The notes under the pieces were generated by a model that was given only the letters and a program-made list of their open reading frames with translations, was not told the DNA's origin and ran no database searches. A stretch of 55,526 bases of DNA from Cladosporium halotolerans. Its lineage: Eukaryota. The position numbers were made by a program, and so were the translations under genes. This document shows positions 31,844-44,374 of the stretch, piece after piece. Position 1 is the first letter of the stretch. Every line of letters begins with the position of its first letter. The stretch spans positions 1-55,526 of the forward strand of contig NW_027191512.1 of NCBI RefSeq assembly GCF_011745625.1, given 5' to 3'.

Positions 31844-33319
31844 TTATGCGGCAACATCTCCTGTCGTGTCGTCCTGGTCCTGAGTATCGTCCATCGTATC
31901 CTCATCATCATCAACGCCTTCACCCTCGTCGTCCCCAGCATCTTCATACCAAGCCTTGTCGACCCAGCCGACAATGCGATCTCTAGCCAGAGGTAACATG
32001 TTGTAGTATCCAGGGTTCCTGCCCGGCGCAAACATGCTCGTGTGCGCCTTCAACTCATCCTTCGCGACGTCGTTGCGGCATCTCACCCAATCGCCCTTCT
32101 TTTTGCTCGTGTCCTTTGCGAACTCCTGCACCTTCTCGCCCTCCTTCATCTCCTGCCGCATGTCTTCCTCCGAGAGCGTCTTCCGCCGTTTGTTAGACGC
32201 CGATTCCGCTCCGCTCGAAGCCGCAGGAGCAGACCTCTTCGTACCCGTGGGGCTGCCGTTGACAGATCCGTCCGTGTTCTTGGGAATCACGCAGAACGTC
32301 CGATCTTGCCCCAGCACCGCGCCGGCGTACTGCGTGTTCTTCGAAACTTTCTCGCCGAGCACAGCGTAGAAATCTGCAAATCCCACGCCGTGCGACTCCG
32401 TCAGCTGCACTACACTTTCGACTCTCTTCTGCAACTCGGCGCCGCGAGCCAGACAGCCCACGAATTCCAAGTGGCTCCCAGCCCACGCCAGCCCTTGGTT
32501 GATCTGGTTCCAGTTCAAATACGCCGCTCCAGCAGCGCCTGCGACTGCGGCCGCCGCGCCACCGACCATAGCGTATTTCCCCCACTTCCCCCATCCGCCG
32601 CTCGATGCTTCACCTGCCGGCAGACCTCGACTAGACGCGTTCGCGATCGGTTGCGCGCTCTGTGTAGGCGAGTTCCAGCCAAAGAGCTGGCTCGCGCCGT
32701 TGAAAGCCTTGTACGCCGCTGAAGCATTGTTGATGTGCTCCTCGGCGCCGTGCGCGAGCACGCCGGGACTTATGCCTAGGAAGGGCGTGTCGAAGGTGAG
32801 GACCGCTTGGATGTATGGGAAGAACATGGCGGAGCTGTGACCCTCGGGCGGCGCAGACGCCGCCCTCTCTTTCTCGTCATTGTCCGCGCGCTGTGGCCTC
32901 GCTCGTTCGCTGTCCGCCGGCCGTGGCGTCTGCGGTCTGCTCGCGGCGCTCGTCGAGTTGTTGCCCGCTTCCGGGCGCACTGGCTCGTCTCGCGCGATGC
33001 TCAATAATGTTTCGGCAGCCACGATCCCGCCCATAGAATGACCGACGAGCACGACTCGCACGCTGGGGTCGACGGTCGGGCTGGGCGTGCGGTTTGCGAC
33101 TTCCAGATCGATGACCTTGTTCTGTAGCCATTCCTTGAATCGCGCAACGCAGTCTCGAAGATCGCCACGGGTCTCATAGCGCGGATACTGCACGCTGAGG
33201 ACTTCGAGATTGGGAAGGGCGGTAGAGACCAGCGCGCGCAGGTCCTTGGGGAAATTGTCAAAGGTATTGTCGCTGCCTTTGAAGCCGTGGATGAAGACGA
33301 GCAGCAGCGTCTTCCGCAT
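31844..33319 (-). CDS. Putative serine esterase/lipase (DUF676-like alpha/beta hydrolase)
   Basis: MRKTLLLVFIHGFKG, nucleophile GHSMGG, FDTPFLG, DELKAHTSMF; ATG 33319. Confidence 0.82.
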   Translation of the reverse strand: MRKTLLLVFIHGFKGSDNTFDNFPKDLRALVSTALPNLEVLSVQYPRYETRGDLRDCVARFKEWLQNKVIDLEVANRTPSPTVDPSVRVVLVGHSMGGIVAAETLLSIARDEPVRPEAGNNSTSAASRPQTPRPADSERARPQRADNDEKERAASAPPEGHSSAMFFPYIQAVLTFDTPFLGISPGVLAHGAEEHINNASAAYKAFNGASQLFGWNSPTQSAQPIANASSRGLPAGEASSGGWGKWGKYAMVGGAAAAVAGAAGAAYLNWNQINQGLAWAGSHLEFVGCLARGAELQKRVESVVQLTESHGVGFADFYAVLGEKVSKNTQYAGAVLGQDRTFCVIPKNTDGSVNGSPTGTKRSAPAASSGAESASNKRRKTLSEEDMRQEMKEGEKVQEFAKDTSKKKGDWVRCRNDVAKDELKAHTSMFAPGRNPGYYNMLPLARDRIVGWVDKAWYEDAGDDEGEGVDDDEDTMDDTQDQDDTTGDVAA

Positions 33320-33686
33320 TTTGATCGTGTTACCGCATGGGAGGGTAGGTGCAGTGAGGAGCGGCGGAACTCTGGGTTGAGTGGTTGCGTTGAGAAGTTG
33401 GCATTGTCGCAAGTTGCCCTGATGCCAATGCCCGCACGGCGTGGAAGCTGAGAGGCAGCGCCAGAAACGCCCCGCTGAGCGAAGGTTGGTGACGGCTGCG
33501 CTTGAGCCTTCGCCACACCACGTCAACAGTTGCCGCCTGCGAGGTTTGGGTTCTTTTTATTCGGTCTTCGATACTATTAATATTGGTGTTAGAGATTTCT
33601 CAACCCAATCAAAACATAATTGGACTAATCTCTGGGATTCAATAGAGGAATTGCCAACGTGAGATCGGCCTTCGAAACATCTCCAG

Positions 33687-35414
33687 ATGGAAGTGGAACT
33701 GTATGTCTACGACCTGAGCCAAGGGCTGGCGCGGTCCATGAGCAAGCAGTTCCTAGGCATTCAGATCGACGCAGTATACCACACATCTCTGGTCTTCAAA
33801 AATGTCGAATACTTTTTCGGTGCTGGTGTGCAAACATGTTACCCAGGCGCCTCGCATCATGGCCGTCCGATGGAAGTCATACCGATGGGCAAGACCGATA
33901 TCGACCTAGACACCATTCTGGACTACCTTGAGAGCCTGAAACAAGTGTACACCCCCGAAAGTTACGATCTATTCGCTCACAACTGTAACAATTTCACTCA
34001 CGACTTCGCCATGTTCCTGATTGGCAAAGGGATCCCAAGTCATATCACGAGCCTGCCTCAACGGGTTCTCGACACTCCCTTTGGCCAAATGCTGAGACCT
34101 CAAATCGACGCAAGCATGCGTTCCGTCACGCAAGCTCCTGTACCGAATGGTGCTACGCCAAAGCAAGACACGCAGACAGTCCAACAACCATCATTCCATG
34201 GTGGGAAGTACGGCCGGGTACTCAATCTTACTGCGACAGATGCATTAGAGTCAGCTCTTTCAGGGGCACAGAACACATGCGCAACCATCTTCTACACATC
34301 GTCAACCTGTGCACCATGCAAGCTGGCTTATCCCACGTTCGACTTGCTAGCAGAAGAGCACCATGACGCTCTTTTTGTGAAAGTGGACATCAACGAAGCG
34401 AGGGAGATAGCAATGAAGTATGGCATTCGCGCAACACCTACTTTCATGACCTTCTCCAAAGGCAAGAAGCTGGATGAATGGTCCGGTGCAGACATATCTT
34501 TATTGAAGGCCAACGTCGCTCAGCTCTTACAACACACCTTCCCGCCTCATCCACACACCCTCCTCAAACTGCCAACGTTGCAATTTGGCTCGATGAAACC
34601 CATCGTATATGCCAGAGTCCCTCCCATAGACAAGCTCACGGCAAAACTCGGTGCAGGTGCGCAGGAACCCGAGTTCGTCGCCCTGACCACCTTCGTCAAG
34701 AACCGCCAACTCGACCCCCGCGAAGCCAAACTCCCCGATATCCACGCAATCGGCGAGATGCTGCAAACAACCATCGAAAACCTCCCCATAGAGTCCCGCT
34801 TTGCCGCCGTCGACCTTCTGCGCTGCGCAATGGTCGACCCGCGCGTGTCTGGCTTCTTCGCCAGCGAGAAAGCCGTCGACGAGCTCGCGACAGTGCCAGC
34901 TCTGATCACGCATGTGATCGAGCTCGGAGAAACCTGCCCGCACAATCTGCGTCTAGTGACGATTCACCTTGCGTGCAACATCTTCACGTCGCCGTTGTTC
35001 GTGCGTGAGCTCCTCAAGCTCGGCCAACGCACAACGCCATTGCTCGTTCAGCTCATCACAAGCTCACTCCTCGACGCCGCACATCCAACGACGCGAGTCG
35101 CGGCGGCCTCGCTAGCTTTCAATTTGGCGGTTGCGAACTACCGCGCGCGGCGAGAAGAGCATCATGACGGGCTGGGTGAGGACCAGCAGGTGGAGTTGGC
35201 GGCGTCGATGCTAGAAGCGCTCCGTGTGGAAGCTGACGGAGGAAGCAGCGAAGCGGTCAAAGCGTTGTTGTTAGCGCTGGGCTATTTGCTGTTTTGCGCG
35301 AAGGAGGGTGGGGAGTTGATGCAATTGGCGAGTGTGCTGGACGCTAAGAGTGTGCTTGAGGCGTGTCTAGAGCACCCCAAGCTGGCGGGCGAAGTGAGTG
35401 CTTTGCTGCGATAA
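33687..35414 (+). CDS. PPPDE (DeSI-type desumoylating/deubiquitinating) peptidase with thioredoxin-like and PUL domains
   Basis: LYVYDLS, catalytic VYHTS and HNCNNF, thioredoxin-like CAPC...IRATPTF, PUL-like helical C-terminus (RFAAVDLLR...RVAAASLAFN). Confidence 0.9.
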   Translation: MEVELYVYDLSQGLARSMSKQFLGIQIDAVYHTSLVFKNVEYFFGAGVQTCYPGASHHGRPMEVIPMGKTDIDLDTILDYLESLKQVYTPESYDLFAHNCNNFTHDFAMFLIGKGIPSHITSLPQRVLDTPFGQMLRPQIDASMRSVTQAPVPNGATPKQDTQTVQQPSFHGGKYGRVLNLTATDALESALSGAQNTCATIFYTSSTCAPCKLAYPTFDLLAEEHHDALFVKVDINEAREIAMKYGIRATPTFMTFSKGKKLDEWSGADISLLKANVAQLLQHTFPPHPHTLLKLPTLQFGSMKPIVYARVPPIDKLTAKLGAGAQEPEFVALTTFVKNRQLDPREAKLPDIHAIGEMLQTTIENLPIESRFAAVDLLRCAMVDPRVSGFFASEKAVDELATVPALITHVIELGETCPHNLRLVTIHLACNIFTSPLFVRELLKLGQRTTPLLVQLITSSLLDAAHPTTRVAAASLAFNLAVANYRARREEHHDGLGEDQQVELAASMLEALRVEADGGSSEAVKALLLALGYLLFCAKEGGELMQLASVLDAKSVLEACLEHPKLAGEVSALLR

Positions 35415-35500
35415 CAGCTGAGCAGATCCAATTAGTAGGTTGTTGTATGGAGGTCTAGACCTCATTTGCGGCTGGCATATGAGGCGGAACGCTCAAGCTC

Positions 35501-38116
35501 TCAGATAGCACCTCCAACCTCAGTACCTGGGTTCATGAATCCTTTGTCCCACTCGACATTATCCAGCCACTGCAGGAACTCTGCGTCGTTCGCAGTCGGC
35601 ATTAGAAACCCCACATCCTCAAATGCCCTATCAGTCTCACTCGCACCACCAACACCAAATGCAGGCGGAGGAGCACTCGGGCTCAATATCTTATCAAGCG
35701 CACCCCTCAACGCCCGAGAACCCTGGCTGCAAATATGATGGTTTGCGCCGCCAGTCTTCACATCCGCGAGCAGCGAGACAAAGACGCTGATATCCTGGAT
35801 CGTCTCGGATCTCGGCAAAACATCCTGGCCGATCAGCCTCGACTGGTCCTGCTTCAGCAGCTCGACAGCCAGCACGCCGGCGGTAGACACACCAGCGATA
35901 GCCATCAGGCACGCGACGTCCTCCTGGAAATCTCGGAAGAAGTCGCGGCGTGACTGTGTAAGGAGTACGAGCTTGAGCATGCGTCGTGAGATGGGGATGA
36001 GCGTCTCGGTGTCAGTCTTCATCCTGTTGACCTGGGCTCTGCGGAGTAGGAACTCGGTTTGCATGATGCCCATGTGAATGAAGATGGCGTTGAGAGCATT
36101 GTTGGAGACGCCTCGCCCGTCCTGCCTGCCGCTATTGGCGACATATGCGTTGAGGCTCTCTTCTGGCGACAGCTGGACGAAAGAGGGCAATGAAGCATCG
36201 AGCTCTCCCATCTTCCGCCAGATATCCGCAATTCGAGCCGCGACGTCTTCGTCACTCGAGCCCAGCGATACTTCGAGAATCTCCTCGCGAATACGGCTGT
36301 ACAAGAACCAGACCCTGTTCCACGTGATTCTGTGCGGGTTTCCAGAGGTGTTCCATCCGTTGGGGTCGAGATTTGCGATTGCCTGCTGCAGCTCAGGGCC
36401 CTGGAGCATGAGCTGAGCTCCAGACAAGTCAAGTGGCATCTCCAGCTTACAGTAGCGGTAAGATAGCCGCGGTGGTCTGCCGACGAACAGCGAAATCGAC
36501 TTGTCATGAGTGTAAACCTGCGAGAAAAGCTTCTTGCGCTGTTGCGAGAGGAAGAAGGGCGTGTCCGGACTTTCTCGGTTGCCTTGATGCAATCCCATCG
36601 CCACCATGGCGTCGCAGAGCTCACCATTCCGCTGCCATGCAGTATAGTCTGGATGGAGCATCAATTAGCGGCATCACCCAGCAATGCTGAAAGAACGTGA
36701 CTTACGTGAATCGCCCTTCAAGAGCTCAATGAGCATCAAGCCTTCATACATAAAGCAGATGTAATGGTCATTCAGCGACTCGCACTCGTAGCAGAAACAC
36801 AGCACGAGCTCGCTAGCCTTTCGCATGCGTTCAGCAAACGTCACACGATCAACGACCGTTTCCCGGATATCGTCGAAAATTGAGTCCCAATCGCTAAGAT
36901 TGACAGCCACCAGCCCGACAAGCGAAAGTATGATTCCAATGATCTCCCACCTCAAATTCCTTCCTGTGCCTGTCCGCGCCCACTCCAGTGGCGTCATGTT
37001 GCCATGCATCTCCACCGGTCGGCGTGTGTTGCGCCAGACCATCTCAGACAGGGCGTGTAATTGCTCAGGTTGGGGGTTTGTCCAGACATCCTCGAACTCG
37101 GTCCACATGACGTCGAACCAGGTCTGGAAGATGGGCTGCAAGACGATGGAGCTCTCGCTGTAGTCGAGCCATCGCTGCGTGAATCGGCGGTACCGCGGCA
37201 TGTCCTGGAATAAGGCCAAGACGTCTGCGCCGCGCTTGATAAGATCTGGGTGAGTTGGCGGGAGATTGGTAGGTTGCTCGGTGTCGTCCGGCTCGAGGAT
37301 GCTAAGGCTTCCTGCGTATCTCGAGTCAGCGCAATGTCTTCCCAGACTTTTGCAAGAACACAGCAGCCAATCTTGAACCATTGAAGATCAACATACCCGA
37401 GTTCTCCGTAAACACAGCGGAGTACGCCGTGGGGCCAAGGAAGCCCGTCCGGTTGTCTCTCATACCAATGGAGTTCGTTGGTGATCTGTAAGACGACGCA
37501 GCAGACATCTGCCTTCTCTGCTCCGCAGCTACAGGTTTCGGCAGAATTGGTGACGGTAAGAAAGGGTCTATTGCCGCTGTGCTGGTGCGACTGGACTGCC
37601 CGTTGACGGCGCTGTCGTTTATCTCTGGAGTGGTAGAAGAGCTTGCAGGAAGCCCTCGGTGTTGAACACGCGTCGGATACGGCGATGTTCGTTGGGTTTC
37701 CCGGGGTGCAGAGACAATGCGATCCTGATTGCCGATAGGAGAAGCTCTGGGCCTTGTCAATGGAGCCGGGTGATACACACATTGGCTTATAGACCAGTCA
37801 GCAAAAGTTCCCCGAACAGTGAAACGCGTGAGAAAGGCTGCTGGAAGCACGCCTTCGACTTTCTGACGCGTTGGAGTCATACAGCCGTTGCAAGAGTTTG
37901 AGTTACCTTTCTTTGTTACGTCTTGCGCATCTGCCACAGACAGGGCTGCTGTGATCACAGCGAAGCTTTCCTTTGCGACACTAGGAAGCATTAGGAGACT
38001 TCAAGACGTGCCAATGGGTGTGACAACCAACTTACTGGCTCGCAACTATACAACTTGCCATTGCGTCTGTAAGCCACAACACCGGCATCGCTTGCACTTC
38101 GAATCGACTCAATCAT
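35501..38116 (-). CDS. Zn(II)2Cys6 fungal transcription factor with fungal-specific middle homology region
   Basis: Five exons (introns 38035-37981, 37906-37786, 37396-37312, 36705-36649). Splicing gives RRNGKLYSCEPCRKGKLRCDHSSPVCGRCARRNKESQCVYHP. The zinc cluster is invisible in the ORF track. Downstream AMGLHQ...DKSISLFVGRPPRLS. Confidence 0.92.
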
Positions 38117-39509
38117 GGCGCCTGATGCTCTGTCCAATCAGACTTCTTCAATGTGAGGGCTAGGCTCGGGATTACACCCGGAGACCTATTGCGTCGTGAG
38201 TCACTGCAGGAGCAGGGACGGCTTGATGATTGTCAATCAATATATCCTATCAAATACGTCAGACACGGACAGAACCAGGCAGCAGGCAGAACTAGAGTGT
38301 TTCCGCCGGATTTTGCCGGTACGCAAATAAGCAAAAGAAAGCGTCCCAAGAGGTTGAGGGCTGTTGACATGAGCACGTGAGCTCTCGAGGTTACCATGCT
38401 TACCTTTCAACAAGGCTCTACTTCACAGGCTTCCGAACGTCTACCTCGAGGGCGAAGAGCCACGCTCTCAGCTGGGTATCGGCGTTCAGCTTGACGTCGC
38501 TGGAGTCTCGGTTTCCATTTCCGAAAGCTGAAGACGTGAGAAGGTGGGTGGGTGTGAGGGACAAGAATAAGAGATTCGTCTCGCCACAAATCAGTTTATG
38601 CAACAGGATGCAAAGTCGACACTACTGTTCAGAGACCGCGAGATGCGGTGTCGTGCCAGTAGTGGCAGCTGAGAGCACGCCCAGGAGCGGAGTTCGCGAA
38701 GTCGTTTGATGAGATGCGGGGATACCAACTGCTGACAAAGTCGTCAGAGTTTGTGGCATTTTCCCAACACGATTAGTGCTCAAATTGCTCTTTCAATGAA
38801 ATTGTAGAGACAATGATAGACCTATCAATACTATATAGACATTCGCTTCTATGGAGGCCCTGTGAAAGCCATCAGAAGCTTCCTAAGATGAGTTGGCTGG
38901 AAACTGCTTTGGCACATTTGTCACAAACTTCGGTCGATCGGGCCCACGGAGTTCGATCTCGGCGTTCGGTGTTCGAATGATGGGAGTCAGAGAAGCACTG
39001 TCGTTTTCATGCCTAGCAGCCTCAATGAAGTTATGATGGCATTGGACCCGTGCGATCAATGCAAGCAAGCAAAATTAGTACGAATCCCATCAATATCTGA
39101 TTCACGGTTCCGCCCAAGCAAGTGGACTAAACGTGCTCCCGTCGTCAGATTCCCTGAGATGCGGAGTCCGGCATGGCCCCCGTCGCCCACAAGCATCGAT
39201 TAATCAGCCCGATAATTGAAAGCTCAGAGCTCAAATGAGCCAAGCAACGGCTAAATGAGCAAGGCATCCAGCGCCGCATGTGTAGACATCTCATCCATCA
39301 AAGGGCGCGGATTACATGTGGGTCTAGGGCAACCCTAAACGACTTAGTACAGTCCGGAGGATAAGTAAGAATTATACTTGCCAATAGTTGCGCGCGCCCT
39401 ACATGTACGTTCGTAAGCGGGCGAATGACTGACTCCAATGGCGTTCCTCGAGTCACTCGAGACGGCAGACCGGCATGACTGATCTCTGTCAGCAATCCGT
39501 GCTTGGAGG

Positions 39510-39516
39510 TATATAA
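39510..39516 (+). promoter_or_regulatory. Candidate TATA box
   Basis: TATATAA about 80 nt upstream of ATG 39597. Confidence 0.35.
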
Positions 39517-39596
39517 TAGCATTGAAGCACCTCAGCCGTGATTTTGGTCTACGCCGCATCGCTGAAAGAGCATTAATCAAACGAATTCATAACGCG

Positions 39597-39939
39597 ATGG
39601 ACCCATACGAGCCCCTTCCGACTTACGCAGAGGCCGTAAAGGAGCAACAGACAGCGGATCACATCATACGGAATGAAGCAAGATATCTCACCTTCGACGA
39701 CACTTCGACGTTCTCAAAGCTAAGATCGGCAATCAATGAGAACTCTCGCGCAAAAGACGGGAAGGTCTATGTAGAGAGTAGGATGAAGCGCAAAATGGGC
39801 GGATTGGTCAGAAGAGTATTGACGGGTCGGTCTAAGGCATTTGCATCGACGTTCAAAATGTGCATTATTGACATGCTTTGCAGAAAGGATTCCGAGACGT
39901 TACGAAACGGCGGAGGCAAGGGAGAAATCCGACCCTTAA
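39597..39939 (+). CDS. Small hypothetical protein
   Basis: ATG 39597 MDPYEPLPTYAEAV (LPxY motif). A possible intron 39826-39883 (GTCGGT...TTGAC...GCAG) gives a stop at 39939; unspliced, the frame runs to 40139. Confidence 0.35.
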
Positions 39940-40657
39940 AGAATTCGCAGGTTGTCGCTGCTCGCCCTGGCGCGGTCATGATCTCGCCGTGGTCGTCTCT
40001 CCACCATCCACGAACTACCGTCACGCATCGCCTTGAACCGGCCAATGCTTTTCTCCGCCTGATAACTCGGGACCAGAGAGCAGCAGGCTCCCACAAATCT
40101 CGGCACTGGACCGAGTGCGTCGCATCGTATGCCGACTGAGCACGAATCGAGAGACGAAGAAAATTCAGGGCAACAGCACCAAGAAGCAAGCTTGTTTAAA
40201 AGATGCAGATGGGTTGGTTTGCGTTATGTGTACCTGCAAGCGCCAGCGTGGCCAGCGTGGAGTCTGTACCGTGCGAGTGCACCCGATGCACGAAGCCGCA
40301 TTGCCGGATCCTGCTGTCTGACGAGGTTCAATCACACCCATACCGAAGTAGATACGCCGGTGCACATTGCACGGCGAGGTGGCTGCAGTGGATTCGGCCT
40401 TCGACACTCGACTGGTATTCCGATGCAGCACGACGCGGGATAACTCTAAGTCCGCCAGAAATTGCAGATGATTTGTGGGAATAGCTCTGCTTGCGAGCGA
40501 AGTAGCATTTGGTGGTCATGTCAGCAATGTACGATAACAAAGTCAACATCTGTGCTCACGCGAAGGAGTATGTATCAAAGTTGTGATCGTGTCAGCTCGG
40601 TACGTCATTCGGGCGCAGCGGAGCGAAGCTGTTTTCGTGATCCTCTCAGCAAAAGCC

Positions 40658-41350
40658 ATGTCGTTCCTTGCTGCTCTGTTTCCGAAACACACGCACCTGT
40701 GCGCGATTCACGAACTGGCCAGTGTCTTCCTGACGATGTACGAGAAAGCAGGCTCATCACTCGAACAGTCTATGCCTCTCACCACGGGCATCAGCGAGCT
40801 GCCTCGGATGCCTGAAGCCAACGACACACCCGTGCAAGTCCGAGAATTCCTTGCACACTTGCTGTCGGCGAAAAGGCTGTTTCCGAATGAGTCCATACAA
40901 CGCATCGTTGAGAAATGGACGCTGGGAAGCGGCCAAGAGCTCCACAGCTACACACCGTACATGTTCTTCGACGTTTTTGGTCGCGAGGAGGGATGGATTA
41001 TCTACAAAGAGGTCAAGGTTTACATCTACCGTGAGGAGCGAAAGCGAGAAGTATTCTCGATGTGTATGTGACCATCCACACGATACCACGTGACTGTAAA
41101 GCTCTAGCTAACAAGCCAAGCTACGATTGTTATCGGACTTCTTTCTTTCGAAATCACTATGATCGGATTATTCTGCTGGAGTTTCAGCCAGCTGCTTGTT
41201 GTCCAAGCGCAAGTTACCGCCGTGCTGGCTTTGTTGGGCGCGTTCGCGTGTGTTGTGGCCGTTGCTGGTCTGCTTGGAACCGAGAGGCCCGAAGCAAGGG
41301 CTGAGAATGAGCTGATAGAGGGCACGAAGCATGGAGCGCTACCGCTATAG
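40658..41350 (+). CDS. Small hypothetical membrane protein (soluble helical domain + C-terminal TM helices)
   Basis: Intron 41064-41120 (GTATGT...GCTAAC...AAG) joins ORF 40583-41071 in frame to the hydrophobic ORF ending 41350. Start ATG 40658 or 40736. Confidence 0.65.
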
Positions 41351-41684
41351 CGCAAAAAGTAGAAACTCAGGGAAGCAATGCGAAACAAATATTCTCAAGA
41401 AGCTGAGTGTATACGGTACCTTATGGTGAGGATGCTTTGGGTTGGTCAAACAGCAAACGCGCCAGGCACTGCAAGGGTCACGTCCCGCGTCTTTCGGCAT
41501 GAGGCGCGCTCCCGGAAGCTTGTTTCTTGGCCAGGGTCCTCTTGCTGCCACTTCACATGATAGCTCCGTGCATCTGCCACCCTCTCTCCATAGTTATCAT
41601 CTCACCAGCTCATCTCGGGCCACACGCCAGCACATACAGGCAACACTCATTCCGCGCATCAAATCGTGGCCATACATTCCGAAT

Positions 41685-43996
41685 ATGGCCTCGCGCGCAC
41701 AGGCTTTCCGTGACTGGGCCACGGCCGAACAGCTCACCATCACCGGACCCATTGATCAGCTCAAGGACAAACGTATTGTAGTCGACGCTGAAGATTTCCT
41801 TGAGAATATCCTCACTTCTCAAGCGACGCGTGAGCCCTTGCTTCCAGCTCTTGGCGGTCTCCCGTTTGCTCTCAGAAAACACCTGGACACATATCTGGCG
41901 AAGTTCCAGGAGGTCAATATTACTCTGACCTTCGTTTTCAACGGATTGGATCTCGCTTGTAGAGATCGGCAAACAATTTCGCGCGAGAGTAAACAGGCCG
42001 CAAGAAGCCTAGATGAGGCATGGAGCCTTTACAGCCAAAGCCGTGCCGATGAGGCTGTGGCGGAATTTGGCAAGTCATGTGAGTAAGCCCCAATGGAATT
42101 ACCCCTGCAGCTGGATCTGATGCTTGCCAGGCACCTACCGTACCTACCCTATCCTTCGTTGGCTGCAATCTTACCTTCAACGCGAAGGAGTCAGGATTCA
42201 GACTGCGCCTTACTCCGCGGCTGCGCAGGTTGTATCACTGGACCGAGAGAACTTCGGCGACGCCATTGCTGGGTCATCATCATGCCTGCTGTTTGGTGCC
42301 TCGAGAGTCATCACTGCCTTCGATTTCGAGAGCCAATCTTTCTCGTGGGTAGAACGATCCAAATGTCTGGCTAAGCTGGCAATGAACGAGGACCAGTTCA
42401 TTGACTTTTGTCTGCTTTCTGGCCTGACTATTCTTGCGCTTCCCACAGAGCTTGAAAACGTTCCCAATCCTATCCAGGGAGCACGGGAATTGGCTGGCCG
42501 CGCTGGTAGCATGGGATTTGCAGCGTACGCCACATTGAACAAGGAGTTCATGGAGCTGTTCAAGAAGGCGAGGACTGCCGTGAAACACAGTGTCATCATC
42601 ACCGGCAGTGGCGAAGTCACTCTTACCAAGAATGACACAGCTGCTGGCGACATGCATGATGTGATAGGCCAGCGACTTCCTGACGAGATCTATTATTACC
42701 TTTCCAGAGGCGTAGTGGGCTCAAGAGTACTTAACTGGAGAACCCGTGGTGAGCTTTTCGAAATTGCGCCCCTCGACGGCGGCTCTTCATCAGCGTATCA
42801 GCAGCTGGTTACGCAAAAGCTGGCCCCTCTGCGTACCCGGACCATGGCTCTAATCAACCCCATGCTTCACCGCTACTATCAAAAGAAGGATGTCGACTTG
42901 ATCGCCTGGCACAATGAGAGCAGCAAGCAGGCTCTGGGAGTGCCCGACGCCTCCTCTCCACTTCAGTCTGCAAACCGCTGGCGGGTCAGGAATGCAACCC
43001 TTACAAAGGCGTCCGATGCCAAATTTGACATCAAAGAGGAGCCCTTGCTTTTTGCAGTCGCGCTGCTCTCGGACGAGAACACGGCCCAAGAGACAGTGAC
43101 TGAGAAGATTGGTGACACTGCCACACAAGAACTCCGCAGCCCGGACGAACTCATCTCAAACACTGTCTTGCGCTTCCTGGAAGACCGTGGGTACATTAAC
43201 AACAACCACACACTGTCTGCTTGGGGTAAGGCACTCAAGTCGGCTTTCGACCAAGCTGAGCAAAACGGGTACCTTGCTGCTGCTGGGCGCAAGGAGGCAG
43301 AGGAGGCGATCTTCATGGCGTTTGAGCTGCACAAGCTTGACGTGCTGAACACAAGCCAGATGTTCCCCTCGGACAAATATCTTGGGGCTCCCATGCGAGG
43401 CTCCGAGACTGACCGCGCCTACACTTTACTGCTGAGCAGAATCGCATGCTTGGGCTCATTCCACCACAAGGAGATCGGTTTCACTGGGCCTCTGTCACGG
43501 CATCTCCTGGGCTATCAGCAGATGACATCCGCCGTGCGTGCAAGCCTCCGCGACCTCCTGGAAGTCCACGCACTCAGCATGCTTGGGTCAGGCGCTGTGT
43601 CTCGCGAACTCAGCCCGAGCGACTACTCGACCCTCGGATGCAACCTGCCCTTTGTTCAAGACTGCGACCTCGGTCTCAGTCTTGTGGTGAAGAGCTTCCT
43701 AGACGAGCTTTCAAACGATAGCAGCAAGCGATCAGACATCACACGCTGGTTCAACCACGCGTACGACGTTCCCGGCGATTTAGAGAAGGCGTGGAAGATG
43801 TGGGACGCGGTAAGCAATACTCTTCCTCACATTGTGCTGTGACGTACTAACGTTTGAGCAGATCAATGCTGGCATCCAGGCGGCCGACAGCGCCATTGTC
43901 AACAACGATACCAAGACGACCTTTAAGAACGCAGACGAATGGCTCGCGCAAAAACTGCAGCAAGCCAACCCCGCGAACACGAACGGCTCTGCTTGA
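41685..43996 (+). CDS. MKT1: Mkt1, XPG/PIN-like post-transcriptional regulator
   Basis: REPLLPALGGLPF, FVFNGL, APYSAAAQ, DVIGQRLPDEIYYYLSRG, IGFTGPLSRHLL; introns 42079-42130 and 43810-43861; stop TGA 43994-43996. Confidence 0.9.
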
Positions 43997-44374
43997 TCTG
44001 GCCTGAGAGGGGATATTCTTGAGACAACCGTAAAGCCGATCTGATTTCTCCCGATAATAATGGCGCGTGAGAAGTCACAAAATCACAGATGCGAGCTTTT
44101 CAAAATGGGAGCGTTTGAGGGAGCAGCAAACCGGCAAGGCGTTGATGGAGGAAACAAATGGCAAGATCCAGTGATTGGTGAAAATGAATTTGCAAACTCC
44201 AGTTGCCTTCTTCCCTGTCTTTATATATCTAGCCAGCAGTAAATTAAAACAAGCCTGTTGAACACCTCGCAAAAGCGCGGCACCTGTTTCCATAAATCCA
44301 CGTGGGCCGACTGCGGCGCAGGGTTGAAACCCGCCGCCTGACCCAATAACAAAGCAACAGCCACCGCGCAGAGC

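Noticed and set aside
39325..39340. AACCCTAA as a telomerase RNA template
   Set aside because: Only 8 nt, sequestered in a small hairpin, and no other TER elements could be recognised by eye.
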